From: Parvularia atlantis | Taxonomy: Eukaryota | Length of the DNA: 64,000 nucleotides | Assembly (NCBI GenBank): GCA_943704415.1 | Contig: CALSCO010001760.1 | Span: 1-64,000, forward strand | Direction: 5' to 3' | Shown here: positions 37,012 through 52,632 of the stretch, piece by piece | How the letters are laid out: each line of letters starts with the position of its first letter | Numbering within the stretch: position 1 is the first letter of the stretch | Notes under the pieces: generated by a model | The model's input: the letters and a program-made list of their open reading frames with translations, nothing else | Databases searched by the model: none | Told to the model about the DNA's origin: nothing | Program-made: the position numbers and the translations under genes

Positions 37012-40000
37012 ATGAGCATGTGCCAGCATGGCGGTGCGGCGCGCCGTGGCGCGTCGTGTGTGCGCCACTCACTCGCCCCGCCACGCCACGCCCACGCCCA
37101 CGCCACGCCACGCCCACGCCACGCCACACACCCACACGCCACGTCAGCCGCCGTCGCGCCCGGCCCGCTCGTCGCCCGCTTCGGCGCCAAGAAGTGGCGC
37201 GCCAAGACGCGCGAGCACGCCTGCAGCGCGTGTGGCCTGCGTGACGACGTCTGGGCGTGCCTCGCGGTGCGCGCGGCGGGCCCGTGCTCGCGCCGCGCGC
37301 AAGGGAGCCTGACGCCGGTGCGGGCAGCCGTCGTGCAGCCACCTCGGCTGCGGACGCAGCAGCAAGGGCGACGCGCTGCAGCACTACGAGGCACGCGCGA
37401 CGCGGCACGTGTCAGTGTGACTTGACGTGACACGCGCCAGGCCAGCGGCGCGGCCCACGCCGTCTGCGTGCAGATCCGCACGGGCATGGTCTGGTGCTAC
37501 GCCTGCGACCGTGAGCTGCTCCCGTTCGAGCCCGTCGACGCTGACAGCGGGTGCACGCCCGAGAGCGCGCTCGCCCTGGCGTCGGTCTGCGCGGCGCTGG
37601 TGCGCGACACGCACGCACAGCCAGTCATCGCCTGACGCAGCCACACAGGTGCCGCAGATGGAGAAGCTCATGCGCGTGAGCGGCTCGCCCGCCAACGGCG
37701 ACGAGACAACGCGCATGCTCAACGACGCCGGTGGCAATGCCGTAACGGCCGGCGACGGCCCGGCCGAGGCCGCGCCGGGGTCAGCGGCGGTGTCGACGCG
37801 GAGCAGCCGCAGCCCATCGCTTGCGCGCTCGCAGCACGGCGCAGAGTACCACAGCGTCGCGGTCAACGACGCCGGCGCGGCCGACTGCGCGGCGCACGAG
37901 ACCGACAGCCTCGCGGACGACGAGCCGGGCGAGGGCGGGCGCAAGGGCCTGGTGGGGCTAGAGAACCTGGGCAACACGTGCTACATGAGTGCGGCGCTGC
38001 AGGCGCTGTCGCACAGGCACGCGCGCACGGGCGGCGGCAGCGCTTGCCGCATGGCTGACACGGGCCGCGCAGCACGCCGTTGCGCCGCTTCTTCCTCGAG
38101 AGCCGCAGCTACATCATGCTGCGGCGGCGCCACCACATCGTCGACAGCTACACGATGCTGATGCAGGCACTCTGGAGCAGCAAACAGTGCGCGACCGCTC
38201 GCCCGGCTGTGCACATGTCGCCGCTCAGCCGGCCGTGCCGCGCGCAGCACATACTACGCGCCGTCGGAGCTCGTGCGCGACGTCAAGGCGCTTAACCCGT
38301 CCTTCCGCGGCTTCCAGCAGCAGGCGCGTCGCACCTGCACGCGCGATGCCACCTGACGCGCGACCGCACAGGACTCACAAGAGTTTCTGCGCTTCCTGCT
38401 CGACCGGCTGCACGAGGAGCTTAAGGCGCCGGTGCCCGTCGTCGTGCTACCGCCGAAGCACCCGCACGGCCAGACGAGCGCGGGCCTGCTCCACCTGCCG
38501 CAGCTACTCTCCGCCAGCCGGCGGCACAGCCTTGCCGCGCAAGCAGCAGCGTCGTCTGACGGCGCCAGCACCGACGACGACAAGCAGCCCGACGCCACCG
38601 CGGCGTCGTCAGCACCACCGCCGTCCGACAAGACGCGGCGCGTGAAGAAGCTCACGTCGATCGTCAGCGACACGTTCAGCGGCGTGCTCGAGAGCCAGGT
38701 CGTGTGCCACGAGTGCGGCAAGGTGCGCGGCGGTTGTGGCTCTTCCGCTTGCACAGCCACTCACGAGCGCATGCGCACGCGCAGAGCTACTTCTCGGAGG
38801 ACCCGTTCTACGATCTCTCGGTGCCGATCGTGCCACCTGCTCATGCGGCAGGCGCAGCTGCGCAGTCCAGGAGCCCCGCTCCCGCGGCGAGGGTGCGCGG
38901 CCGAGCCTGCGCGGCGGTGGTCTCACGCCTGTCGCGCGCAGAAGCACATCGAGGCCAACGAGGCCGGCGCGGCGGTCCAGCCCGCGCACAAGGAGAAGGA
39001 GCGCAGCTTCCTGCGTTACCCGCTCACGCTGATTTCGTCGTTCATGAGCGCGCTCAGGAGCTGGCTCGGGTGCGTGTGTGCGCTTGTACTGCGTGCGCGC
39101 CGCTCATACGCACACGTGCGCACAGTCTTGGGGGCACGTCGCCGATTCGGCTGCAGGAGTGCCTGGACCACTTCTTCGCGACGGAGGAGCTGACCGGCGC
39201 TGAGCAGTACCGGTGCGCCCGCGCCCTGCGCCGCTCAGTGTGCCGCGCTCAATGCTCGCCGCGCAGCTGCGACAACTGCAAGAAGCTGACCAACAGCAGC
39301 AAGACCTTCAGGCTCGCCAAGACGCCCGAGGCGCGCACCTGCACACACGATCGACACCGGAGGCTTACCCGCCCGCGGCGACAGGTGCTGTGCGTGCACC
39401 TCAAGCGCTTCCGTTTCGACGCGTACTTCTCGACCAAAATCAACACGCCCGTCATCTTCCCGCTCGACGGGCTTGTGCTGCGCCCGTACTGCCGCGACAG
39501 CACCGAGGGCGAGCACGCCAAGTACTACCTGTACGCGGTCGTGAACCACCGCGGCGGCATCGGCGGTGCGTGCGCGCCGTCATCACGCCCTTTACGCGCA
39601 TTTCTGAGCGCGCACCCCAGGTGGCCACTATGTCGCGTACGCGCGCGACGGCATCAAGGGCACGTGGCTCGAGTTTGACGACAGCACCGTGACCGAGCGC
39701 ACGCCGCGAGAGGTCGAGCGCGTCGAGGCCTACATGCTCTTCTACCGCCGGCGCAGCACGAGCGTGCTCCGTGAGCGCAAGCGCCTGCTCGCACAGATCT
39801 GCGCCGCCGAGGCGGCCGAGGTCGGCGCGCACGACGTCGACGGGGCCGCGCCGCCGCACGCGTACCTGTCGAGCATGTGGTTCAACAGGTGGCGCGAGCT
39901 GCTCGCGCCGGGGCCAATTAGCAACCGCGACTTTCTGTGCCAGCACGGCGGTGAGTGCACGCACTCACGCATGCGCGCCATGCCCTGCTAATCGCTGCGG

Positions 40001-40785
40001 CGCCGCTCAGCGCTCTTGCGGACCATTACGGTGAGCCGCCAGCACGCGCTCGACATGACGGTCAGGGTGCCCCGCGCGGTGTACGACGAGTTTGTGGACC
40101 GGTACGGGACAGACGGGTCGCCGGTGTGCACGGAGCTCGTCGCATGCGCGCAGTGCGAGGTGCGCGTGCCTGCCGCGTGCCTGCCGCGTGCCTGCGTGAG
40201 ACTCACGGCGGACGCCGCGCAGGAACTCGACCGCGTGCTGCAGCAGCGACGCGAGGACGAGGCCGCCGAGGTTGCGCGGCTCGACACGAATGTGATCGAG
40301 CCCGGCCAGTGCTGGTTTCTGGTGCCGACGCAGTGGTTGCGGCTGTGGACCGACTTCAAGAAGGGCGGGACGGTCCTGCCCGGGCCGATCGACAACTCGG
40401 TGCTGGTGAACGCCGACGGGACACCGCGGCCGCGCATGCAGCGCGCCGAGGACTACCGCGGCGTGAACCAGGTGCATGCGCGTGCGGCACGGTGTGGCTT
40501 GGTGTGGCGCTGACGGCCGCGGCCACGCAGGCCGTTTGGGAGTACTTTGTGCGCGTGTACGGCGGCGGTCCGGCGGTCGTGCGCGAGCAGCTGGACCTGT
40601 ACTCGATGGCCGTGCCGTGGCCGCGGCCGACGACGACGGCACACGCCGCCGAGCCGACGGCCGCCGAGGGCGCGGGCGAGACCGGTGCGTGCCCTATGCC
40701 GGTGCGCATGTGCAGCAGCGGCTCACGCGACACGTGTGCGCGTGCAGGTGCCGCCGACAAGCACGAGGCGCCGGTCCTTGTGTGA
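37012..40785 (+). CDS. USP20: Ubiquitin-specific protease USP20/33-like (zf-UBP, USP, 2x DUSP)
   Basis: [73 protein letters not shown] and PGPIDN DUSP motifs. Confidence 0.92.
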
Positions 40786-40807
40786 CCGTTTTGACTGTTT
40801 GCCATCA

Positions 40808-43173
<2,366 letters not shown>

Positions 43174-43216
43174 GGTTCGTAACGGCCGTCACACTTCAAG
43201 CACTCTCTGGAAGATG

Positions 43217-44300
43217 CTAGAACCGCTCGTGTAGCCGCGACGCGACGTTGCGCAGGTGCCCGTAGACCTTGCCGGGCGGGCTGCCTGTGGGCAGTGTGGC
43301 GGTGAGCGGGCGCTACAGATCGATCGGCGTCGAACGGGCGCACCAAGGATGAGGCTCACGACGGCGTCGCGCGCGAGCTTGATATTCTGGAACGAGCCGA
43401 GGATGTGAATGTGCCTGCGGGGCGCGCACAGGCCTCAGTGTCGGCGTCGCGGGCGCGCAGGGCGGCGGCGGCGCGCGCGCACGTGTCGGCCAGGACGATG
43501 CGCGTGCGCGTCGCGTTCTCGATCGTGAACTTGGTCTTGCCCTCCTTGCCGGCGATGCGCCCGATCGCGCGCGATAGGTTGTCGCCGTGCAGCGTCTTGA
43601 CTGCGAGCGCGCGCGTGCCGAGTGCGTCGGCGGGCGGCACAGGCGGGCGAGGGTCGCGGGCGCGCACCGTCCTTGATCTCAAAGCTGTCGATGTACAGGT
43701 CGTCGAGACGCAGCAGGGCCATCGCGTCCTGCACCCGCTCTTCTGTCAGTGGTGCACAAACGCGCCTCAGCACGCGCCCGCGCGCGCACGCACGTCGATC
43801 TCGAAGCCCATCATGAACGCGCGCACAAAGTCGGCGGCCTTCTGCAGCGCGCCCACGTCCTGGGTGAACTCGGACGTGCGCAGCTCGACGCGGCGGCTGC
43901 GCAGGTTCATGCGCACTTGCAGCTTCATGTGCTCGACCAGGGGTGTGTAGATCTTCAGCCAGTGCTCCTTGAGCGGCGAGAAGCGGTGCGGCGGCACGAG
44001 CACGCGCCGCGTGTCGCGCCGCCCGTTGATCAGCTCCGAGCTCGACACGGGCGGGAAGTGCGGCTGCAGCACGCGCGTGGCCGCCGCCTCGGCCTCAGCC
44101 TCGGCCGCCTCGACGTCGAGCGCGTGGCGCTTGACGGCCGCGTCGCTGACCTCCATCACGTCCTCACCCTCGCCCGCGGCGTCGCCCTCGTCCTCGGTCC
44201 CCGCGTCGTGGTGCTCCGGCGGTAGCGGCTGCGCGGCGGCTCTCCTGCCGCCCGCGGACGACGACGACGCCTCGCGCGCGCGCTTGCTTGAGGCGGCCAT
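43217..44300 (-). CDS. PNO1: RNA-binding protein PNO1/DIM2
   Basis: VPPHRFSPLKEHWLKIYTPLVEHMKLQVRMN, ALLRLDDLYIDSF, LSRAIGRIAGKEGKTKFTIENATRTRIV, PPGKVYGHLR..ERF*. Confidence 0.97.
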
Positions 44301-44513
44301 GTGGCGTCTGTCACGGTTGTAGCGTATCCTTTGATGGGTAATTAAGCATGACCTACACCCGTTGCGCTGCTCGTGTGCACACACAGACAGAAGCGGCAGC
44401 TTTCCACAAAGACGGCAAGCGCCGCCGCACACTGGCGCGCCCACACGGCGCTGGCTAGCTGACCCGAACACGATGCTGGCCGCGCGACCGTGAGGCCTCG
44501 ATTCGAGCGTCGA

Positions 44514-46497
44514 ATGGATGACCGCGCGCCCATCATCGTCGGCGTCGCGCAGACGACGCGCCGCAGCGCGCGCGACGCGGCGCCGGTCGACCCGCTTACG
44601 ATGCTGCGCGAGACGGCGGCGCAGGCGCTGGAGGACGCCGCGGGTGTCGCAGATGGCGCGGCCGCGACCCGCCTGCGCCGCGCTGTCGATGCGCTCACGG
44701 TCGTGTCGAGTGAGGCGTGGACGTACGTCGACGGCAACACGCAGATGCCCGTGCACCTCGCGCGCGCGCTCGGCATCGCCCCGGCGCGCTACGAGTACAC
44801 GCGCGTCGGCGGCGACTCGCCCCAGCTAGCCGTGAACCGCGCCTGCGCCGCGCTCGAGGCCGGCGAGGCCCGCGCGGTCGTCATTGGCGGCGTCGAGGCC
44901 GTCGCGTCGGTCGCACGCGTGCTCGCGATGGGGAGCGACCCGGCCGCGTGGCCGCGCGACTGGCCGGCGCTCGGCACGCGCCCGCCCGTGCCGCCCGCCA
45001 CGTCGCTGGTCAGCAAGTGCGTCGCATCCCCGTCGTGGCTGGCTGGCTGTGTGCTCATCTGGCGCGCTCGCAGGTACGGCATCGGCATCCCCGCGCGCAT
45101 CTACCCCATGATCGAGACAGCCGTGCGCCACGAGAGCGGCCGCATGCCGCAGGAGCACGCGCTGCACATGGGCCGTCTCTTCAGCCGCTACGCCAAGGTC
45201 GCAAGCGAGAACCCGCACGCGTGGTTCCGCACCGCGCACACGCCCGAGGCCCTCGCCACGCCGTCCGACGCCAACCGCATGGTCGTGTACCCCTACACTA
45301 AGAACCTGATGGCGTTCCCGAACGTCGACCAGGCCGCGTGCGTCGTGCTCACGACCGTTGCGCACGCTCGGACGATCGGTGCGAACGGCCACGGTCGTGC
45401 TCGGCGACGTCTGCCAAGCTGACGACGACGCGGTACGCCTGCAGGCATCCCCCCGAGCAAGTGGGTGTACCCGATGGGCGGCGCCAACTTCATCGACGTT
45501 GAGGAGGTGACCGAACGCGTGCGGCTGAGCGAGTCGCCAGGCGTGCGCCAGTGCGTGTGCACGGCGGCCTCGCCGCCGCTGCCTGCGCCCTCATGCAACC
45601 GCGCACGCAGCGCCGCGCGCCTCGCCCTCGACCAGGCGGGCGTCGGCCTGGACGACATCAAGCTGTTTGACATCTACTCATGCTTCCCGTCGGCCGTGCA
45701 GATCGGCCTGCGCGAGATCGGTCTGAGCGAGGACGACCCGCGTCCGCTCACCGTGACCGGCGGCCTGCCGTACTTTGGTGCGCCCGAGCGCGTGCGCAGA
45801 CGAGACGGCCACTGCTTACCGCGCTGCCCAGGCGGCCCCGGCAACAACTACAGCATGCACGCGATCGCCTCCATGGTCGAGCTGCTGCGCCAGCCGCAGC
45901 ATGCCGGCGCCATGGGCCTCGTCTGGGCCAACGGCATGTACGTGACCAAGCACGCCGTGGGCGTGTACGGGCACCGGCCCGCGCGGCTCGCCTGGGCACA
46001 CCAGGCCGCGCGCCTGCCCGCCATTCAGCAGCTGATCTCGGTGCGCACGGTGCGGCGGCGCGGGCAGCCGACGCTCACGCGCGGCCGGCAGACGTCCAAG
46101 CTGCCGCCGTGCGTGCCCAGGCTCGAGGGCACGGCGCGTATCGAGGCGTACATGGTGCGTGCGAGGCCGTCTGCATGCAGCGACGCTCACCCAGCGCGCC
46201 CAGGTGCTGCACGACAAGAAGAAGGGCAACGCACCGGCGTGGGGCGTGGCGCTCGTGCGCGAGGTCGTGTCGGACGCCGTGCGCCCGGCTGCGCGGTCGC
46301 TCGCGCGCATTGACCGTGCGCGCTGTGCTTGTGCGGCGGGCCGGGGGCACTGAGACGTTGTGCGCGCCGCGCTCACAGCCGATCAGCTCGCCCAGATTGA
46401 GGCCGTGGACGCCGTCGGGCGCCTGGTGACCGTCCGCCACGACCGCAAGTCGGGGCACAACTACCTGCGCGTGCACCTCGAGGGCGCCAAGCTGTGA
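44514..46497 (+). CDS. Thiolase-like protein (TLP1/actinobacterial-type) with PTS1 -AKL
   Basis: PIIVGVAQ, VGGDSPQ, NPHAWF, YPYTKNL..NVDQAA, DIYSCFPSAV, LTVTGGLPYFGGPGNNYSMHAI, ANGMYVTKH; ends EGAKL*. Confidence 0.88.
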
Positions 46498-46536
46498 TGC
46501 TGTGTTTTCTCGAGCTTACACAAGATAGGCGGGCCG

Positions 46537-48626
46537 TCACGCGGCAAGCTTGCGCCGCCGGAACGAGATCATGGGCTCCTTTGGCAGGACGACCATGGAC
46601 GTGTAGTCGGTCTCGGGGAACCCCTTGTCGGTCAGCTTGAACTCGTACAGGCGCAGGAACGTGGCTATGATCGCCTTGACCTGCAGGTACGCAAACTGCT
46701 CGCCGATGCAGCGGTGCCGGCCCGCGCCGAACGGGAAGTAGCTGTGCTTGCCGCCCTTGGCGTCCTCCTCGCGCGGCGGCAGGAAGCGGTCGGGGTCAAA
46801 CTCGTCCGCGTTGGCGAAGACTGCCGGGGGCAGGCGTGAGCGCGCGCGGCGGCGGCATTGGCAGCGGCGCGGGGGTCGCCACGCACTGTGCGGCAGGCGC
46901 TGCGTCGCAAACGGCGACACGCAGATGTAGTGCCCGGCCGGGATGGTCATGCCGTTGTACTCGACGTCGGTCATGACCTTGCGCATGAGCGTGAGCAGCG
47001 GCGGCCGGATGCGCAGCGTCTCCTTGAGACAGCGGTCCATGATCGGCAGGGCATCGATCGTGTCGTAGTCCAGCGGGTGCAGCTGGCCGCCCTGCACCGT
47101 GCGCTGCTCCTCCAGCAGCAGCGTCCTGCGCCGAGCGCCGTCAGGCCGGCGACGGCGTCACGGGCGCGACGCACTGCCACTCGGGGTGCTTGGCCAGGTA
47201 CGACACGAACCACGCGAGCGTCGTCGACGACGTGTGCTGGCCGGCCATGAGCAGGGCGATGAGCATGTGCGCCACCTGGTGGTCCTTGAGCTGCGCGCGC
47301 CACGCTCCGTCAGAGAGCGCTCACACACAGAGCGGCACGCATCGCAGCCGCACGCACGCGCTCGCCGTTCTTGTACTCCTGGCGCATGAGGTTGTCCAAC
47401 ATATCGTTGTACTGCTGCGGGCACGCGAGTTTGGCTGCTGCACGCCAACGAGCCGCGCGCACGCGCACACACACCAGCAGCTCGCCGCGCTCGCGCCGCT
47501 CCTGGATCACGCGGATGAACAGGTTGCGCATCTTGGTCTGGGCGATGTCGCGGCGGTAGTTGGCCGGGAAGGGCACGTTCGGGAAGAGAAAATTGATCGG
47601 CTTGAATCCCTGGTCGAGGTCGTGGTACAGCTTGGCGACTGCACACGCAGCGCGTAAGGCGCTGCACCGCGAGCGAGACGTGTCTACACACGCGCACCCT
47701 CGACGTCGAGCACCTTGCGGATCTCGGCGCCCATGAGGCAGCTCGACGCGGTCATGATCGTGAGCTCGGCAAACGCCGTGAGCGCGTTGGCCTCGCCGGC
47801 CTCGGGCCACTTGCTGTGCGCGCGTGCACCGACATCATCGTCGTCGTCGTCGTCAGCAACAGCAGCAGCAAAGGGGGCCCGTGCGCGCGCGCGCGCCTGA
47901 AGAAGTCCTCGACCTCGGCCTGGATCATCGGCACGTACTCGACAAAGACCTCGCGCGTCAGGCCGGCCTTGACCATGCTGCGGTGCGCGGGTGCCGTGCT
48001 CAGTGTGCTGATACGCGCGCGCACGATCGCCCGCTGCACACACCGCTTCTGCTCGACCAGGACGTGGTTCGGCACGTCGTACACAACGTCCTGCGCGTGC
48101 GAGCGTGCTCAGCACAGCCTCGCGGCGGCCTTGCGACGAGGCGCACCTTGCCGAAGACGGGCACGGTCAGCGGTGCGTAGGCGGCCTCGGCCGAGACGTT
48201 CTCGTGGCGCGCGTTGATGAAGAAGTCGGCGGCGTCGGGCGAGAGGAAGCTGGCGCGGCGCGGGGCGCGCGTCTCAGTGCCGACAATGACGCCAAAAGGC
48301 GGACGAGCGGGGCACTAGGTCATGGTGCGGCCGACGATCTTGACCGAGAACACGTCGCCGTACTTGCGGTAGGCGCTGAGCAGGAAGCGGCACGGCTCGA
48401 CGCCAAACTCGATCGCGGAGCCGATGACGGGCAGGTAGTAGGGCACGTGCGGCGGCAGGTTGCGGTGCTTCTTGCCGCTCTGTCGCGCGGCCGCCCGTCG
48501 GCCGCCGCTCTGCTTCACAGCACTGCCACGCACCGGCACGAGCAGCAGCACGGCCGCGACGAGCACGGCCACGAGCGACGCCGCGAGCACGCCCGGCGAC
48601 AGCGTGAGGCCGAGCAGCGCGGGCAT
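46537..48626 (-). CDS. CYP51: Sterol 14-alpha-demethylase CYP51/ERG11
   Basis: N-terminal [51 protein letters not shown], heme [18 protein letters not shown]. Confidence 0.97.
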
Positions 48627-48778
48627 CGGATGATGAGCGAAGCGTGACAGCAACACGCCACATGCGCCGCGCGCGCTGATTGGCCGCCGCGCCTCACCCG
48701 ACGCGTCACCCTACCCACGCAGCGCGTCACACTTCTCGTCGCATTCGTCGCCTGCTCGCTGCGCCGCGCCCCGCCCTC
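48627..48778. promoter_or_regulatory. CYP51/squalene synthase bidirectional promoter with CCAAT box and tandem SRE-like sites
   Basis: GCTGATTGGC 48675-48684; CTCACCCGAC 48693-48702; GTCACCCTAC 48705-48714; AACACGCCAC 48652-48661. Confidence 0.65.
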
Positions 48779-50258
48779 ATGTCCAAGTACGTCGAGCTGC
48801 TCACGCACCCGGACGAGGCGCTCGCGATGCTGCGCTTCAAGCTGAGCGGCGCCGACAAGCCGCCGGCGGATCTGGCGGTGCGCGCGCGTTTTCAGTGGGC
48901 GCGCGTCACGCTACTGAACGAGGGGGGCATGCGGCGCAGGACGCGGCGCCCAACCTTCGCCGGTGCTACGAGCTGCTCAACGCGACCAGCCGCAGCTTCG
49001 CCATGGTCATCCAGAAGCTCGACCGGGAGCTGCGCGTGCCCGTGTGCCTGTTCTACCTTGTGCTGCGCGCGCTCGACACGATCGAGGACGACATGACCCT
49101 GCCCGTCGCCCGCAAGGTGCCCGAGCTGCTCGCCTTTCACGAGCGCCTGCACCAGCGCGGCTGGACCTTCACCGAGAGCGGCCCGGACGAGAAGGACCGC
49201 CAGCTCCTGGTCGAGTTTGACAAGGTCATCGCCGAGTTCCTCGCCCTCAAGCCGGCCTACCAGGACGCGATCGCCGACATCACGCGCCGGATGGGCGCGG
49301 GCATGGCTGAGTTCATCGAGAAGCGCTCGGTCGAGACCAAGGACGAGTGGGACAGGTACTGCCACTACGTCGCCGGCCTCGTCGGCATCGGCCTTTCGCG
49401 CCTCTTTGCGCGCTCGCACCTGGAGGATCCCGCGGTCGAGGCGCGCGAGGACCTGGCCAACAGCATGGGCCTGTTTCTACAGAAGACCAACATCATCCGC
49501 GACTACCTCGAGGACATCAACGACGGGCGCATTTTCTGGCCGCGGCAGGTCTGGCAGCGCTACGCCAGCGCCCTCGCCGACTTCAAGAAGCCCGCGCACC
49601 GCGTCCAGGCCCTCGCCTGCCTCAACGACCTCATCACCGACGCCCTGCGCCACGTGCCCGACGTCTTCGCCTACCTCGCCAGCATCAGGAACCAGACCGT
49701 CTTCAACTTTTGCGCGATCCCGCAGGTCATGGCCATCGCCACCCTCGCGCGCTGCTACAACCACCACGGCGTCTTCACCGGCGTCGTCAAGATCCGCCGC
49801 GGCGAGTCGATCAAGCTCATTCTCGAGGCCCAGAGCATGCCGGCCACCGTCGCCGTGTTTGAGCGCGAGCTGGCCGTGATTGAGGCCAAGTTTGCGCACG
49901 TGCAGACGCCCACGCACGACACGGCCACGGTCATCCAGCAGGTGCGATGCAACACGCACAGCCCCGTCGCAGTGCTCACTCGGCGACGCCACCGCGCGCA
50001 CAGATCCGCGCCAAGGCCGGCATCCCGCAGCGCACGCCCTCGCGCGCCCTGGCCGCACAGCCGCGCCGCGTGCTCGACAGCGTCGTCCCGCTCGCCTTTG
50101 CCGCCTCGGCCGCCTACTTCCTCGGCATGATCTTCTTCCAGGGCCACGCGCACGGGCGGCTGCCGGGCGAGCTGCCCCTGCGCCTGCCGGCCCTGCCGGC
50201 GCTCGTGGCCCTGCCCGCCCTGCCCTCGCTCGCAGACATCAAGCTGTCGCGCTCTTGA
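48779..50258 (+). CDS. FDFT1: Squalene synthase (FDFT1/ERG9)
   Basis: TSRSFAMVI, FYLVLRALDTIEDD, YCHYVAGLVGIGLS, SMGLFLQKTNIIRDYLED, FCAIPQVMAIATL, VKIRRGE, C-terminal TM. Confidence 0.98.
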
Positions 50259-50298
50259 ATGCTGTACACACCACCACAAGCTAAACGAAACCGTAATC

Positions 50299-52443
50299 TC
50301 ACAGGGCGCCGGCCGCGCTGACCGTACTGCTGGCGCTGCTGCTGGCCGCGCCGGCCGCGCCGCGGCTGAGCGTGCGCTGGTGGCGGCCGTGGCCGTGGTG
50401 CCGCGACTTGACAAACTCCTGCGCCGCGACGTGAGACAAGCCAGCGCTGCCGTCGCCGGCGCACCAGCGAGTACTCCTCGTGCCCGCACGCCGTCTTGTG
50501 CCGCTCAAACATCAACGCGATGGCCTCGTAAAACTTGCGGTGCACCGCGTCGACCTGGGTGCGCGCGTGAGCCCCTGTCGTGCACATCGGCGCCGCGCCG
50601 CACCTGCTCGGGCGTCGGGTTGGCCTCCTTCGGCACGGGGATGGGGTCACCCACGACGACCGTCACGGGCACCTTGCGCGGAAACTGGAGAAAGTTGCCG
50701 ACGCCGACAAAGTACGGGAACGGCGTGCCGACAAACTTGAGCAGCAGCTCCGAGAGGATCGGGATGTTGATGTAGTCCTGCGCACAGCGGCCACCGTCAC
50801 CCCCCGGGGTGCGCGCGGAGCAAGAGGGCCACGCACAAAGTAGAGCGTCTCGCCGAACGAGAACATGGGCACAAGCGGCTTGCCGGCCTCGATCGCCACG
50901 CGCACAAAGCCCTTGTGCCCGGTAATCAGGCGGATCTTCTTCTCGCGCGACGACGACACGCAGAGCTCCGACACGCCGCCGGGGATCATCAGCACCGACT
51001 TGCCGTCGCGCAGCGTCGCCAGGAACGTCGGCTTGGTGACCTGGCGCGTGCCCGCCCACTGCGCCGGGTCGCGCAGCAGCTGTGCATCCGCGTCAGGGCT
51101 CCGCACATGACGCAGACACGAGCGCAGACACGAGCGCACCGGTGTCATGTTGAGGATCGACGCGCCCAGCATGAACACGTCAAACGAGCCAAAGGCCTTA
51201 ACAAAGTCCGGGTGCATCGGCAGCCACGCGCCAGTGAGCGGCATAATGCCTGATGCGACAGGCTCAGCAGGCAGGCAGGCAGCAGGCGCATGTGCGCCGC
51301 GCACCGTGCGGCGCCAGCGCAAAGATGTAGTTCTCGGCGCGGTCGAGCTTGGCCAGGTCCGTGTCGACGATGACCTGCCCGTTGAAGTAGCGCCGGATGT
51401 CGTGCAGAAAGAACGAGCTGCGGAAGCCCTCCCACCGGCGCTTGCCCGTGTCCTCCGGGTGGCCCTCGTACGTGGTCGCGTACAGACTCCTGCGAGCAAG
51501 CCCGTGAGCGCTCCGCGTGCGCGGCCGGGCGGCGACGGAGCGCACCAGAAGATGGTTGCGACCGGCAGGGCCACGCGGAGCGGCAGGGCGACAAAAGGCA
51601 GGACGATCGTGGCCGCAAGCGCAAACTGCATGTTGCAGAAGACGGCAATGACGACCGTCTGGCGCACGGCCACGAGGCCCTCGATCGCGGCCTCGCGCAG
51701 GCGCGACGTCTCGAGCACAAAGGCCTCGCGCAGGGACGCCTTGCCGTCGTACACTTGCAGCGACGCGATCATGAGCACCTCGGACGCGATGCACGCCACG
51801 CCGGCCATCGTCCACAGGCCCAGAACCGAGTGTTCGACGCCGAGCCCCATCAGCGCGAACCAAGTCGCCGTGGCAATGATCGCGCCGGCGAAGAAGAGCC
51901 ACGACTGGCGCGCGCGTGAGCGACGGCCGACGCCAGCACGGCCTGCACGCACAAAGAACTGCAGCGCGATGAACGTGATGCCGCCGCGCAGCGGCTGGAA
52001 AAAGTGCCAGTGCGACGGGTAGAGCTGCTTGCCTGCGCACGCGTCAGCCGCCGGGTTGGTTGCAGCGGCCGCGCGCGCGCGCACCCGTCAGGCCGTGCGT
52101 GAGTGGGATGGCCACGAGCGTGAGCACGGTCGCGACGACGGCCATCGTCGTCGTCGGCTGGCCGACGTGCAGCGCCTGGACCATGTCCATCGCGAAGCTG
52201 AGCACGGCCGAGGCGACTGCGCGCGCCCCGCGTCAGCCGCCAGCGCGCGCGCTTCCCGGCCGCGGGCGCACCGGCCGGCACGACGCAGAGCGCGTAGATG
52301 AGCGGGAGGTGGCGGGACGCCGACGCGGCCGACGACGACAGCGCGCGCACGACGCGCCCGGGCTTGGACGGCTTGGCGCGCTGCCGGCCCTCGTGGACGG
52401 CGCCGCGGAGCATGCGCAGCGACGCGCCAATGTCGTTGAGCAT
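50299..52443 (-). CDS. DGAT2/MOGAT-family acyltransferase with extended N-terminal membrane domain; start uncertain (alternative ATG 52590)
   Basis: APHGIMP (HPHG-like), PLLRD, IPGGVSE, HKGFVRVAIEAGKPLVPMFSFGE, VVVGDPI. Confidence 0.88.
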
Positions 52444-52632
52444 CCTCTGCGCGGAATCAGCTGCCTTTGCTGTGTCAGCAGCATACGGGAGCAAGGGGGG
52501 CGCGCCACACGAGAGAGAGAGAGAGAGAGAGAGCGCCAACTGCACAGCACATGCTTTCGCCCGATCGGGAACCCCCCGTGCCAAGACCATGGCAACATTT
52601 GACACAAGGCTCTGTCAACACAACGACGCTTC

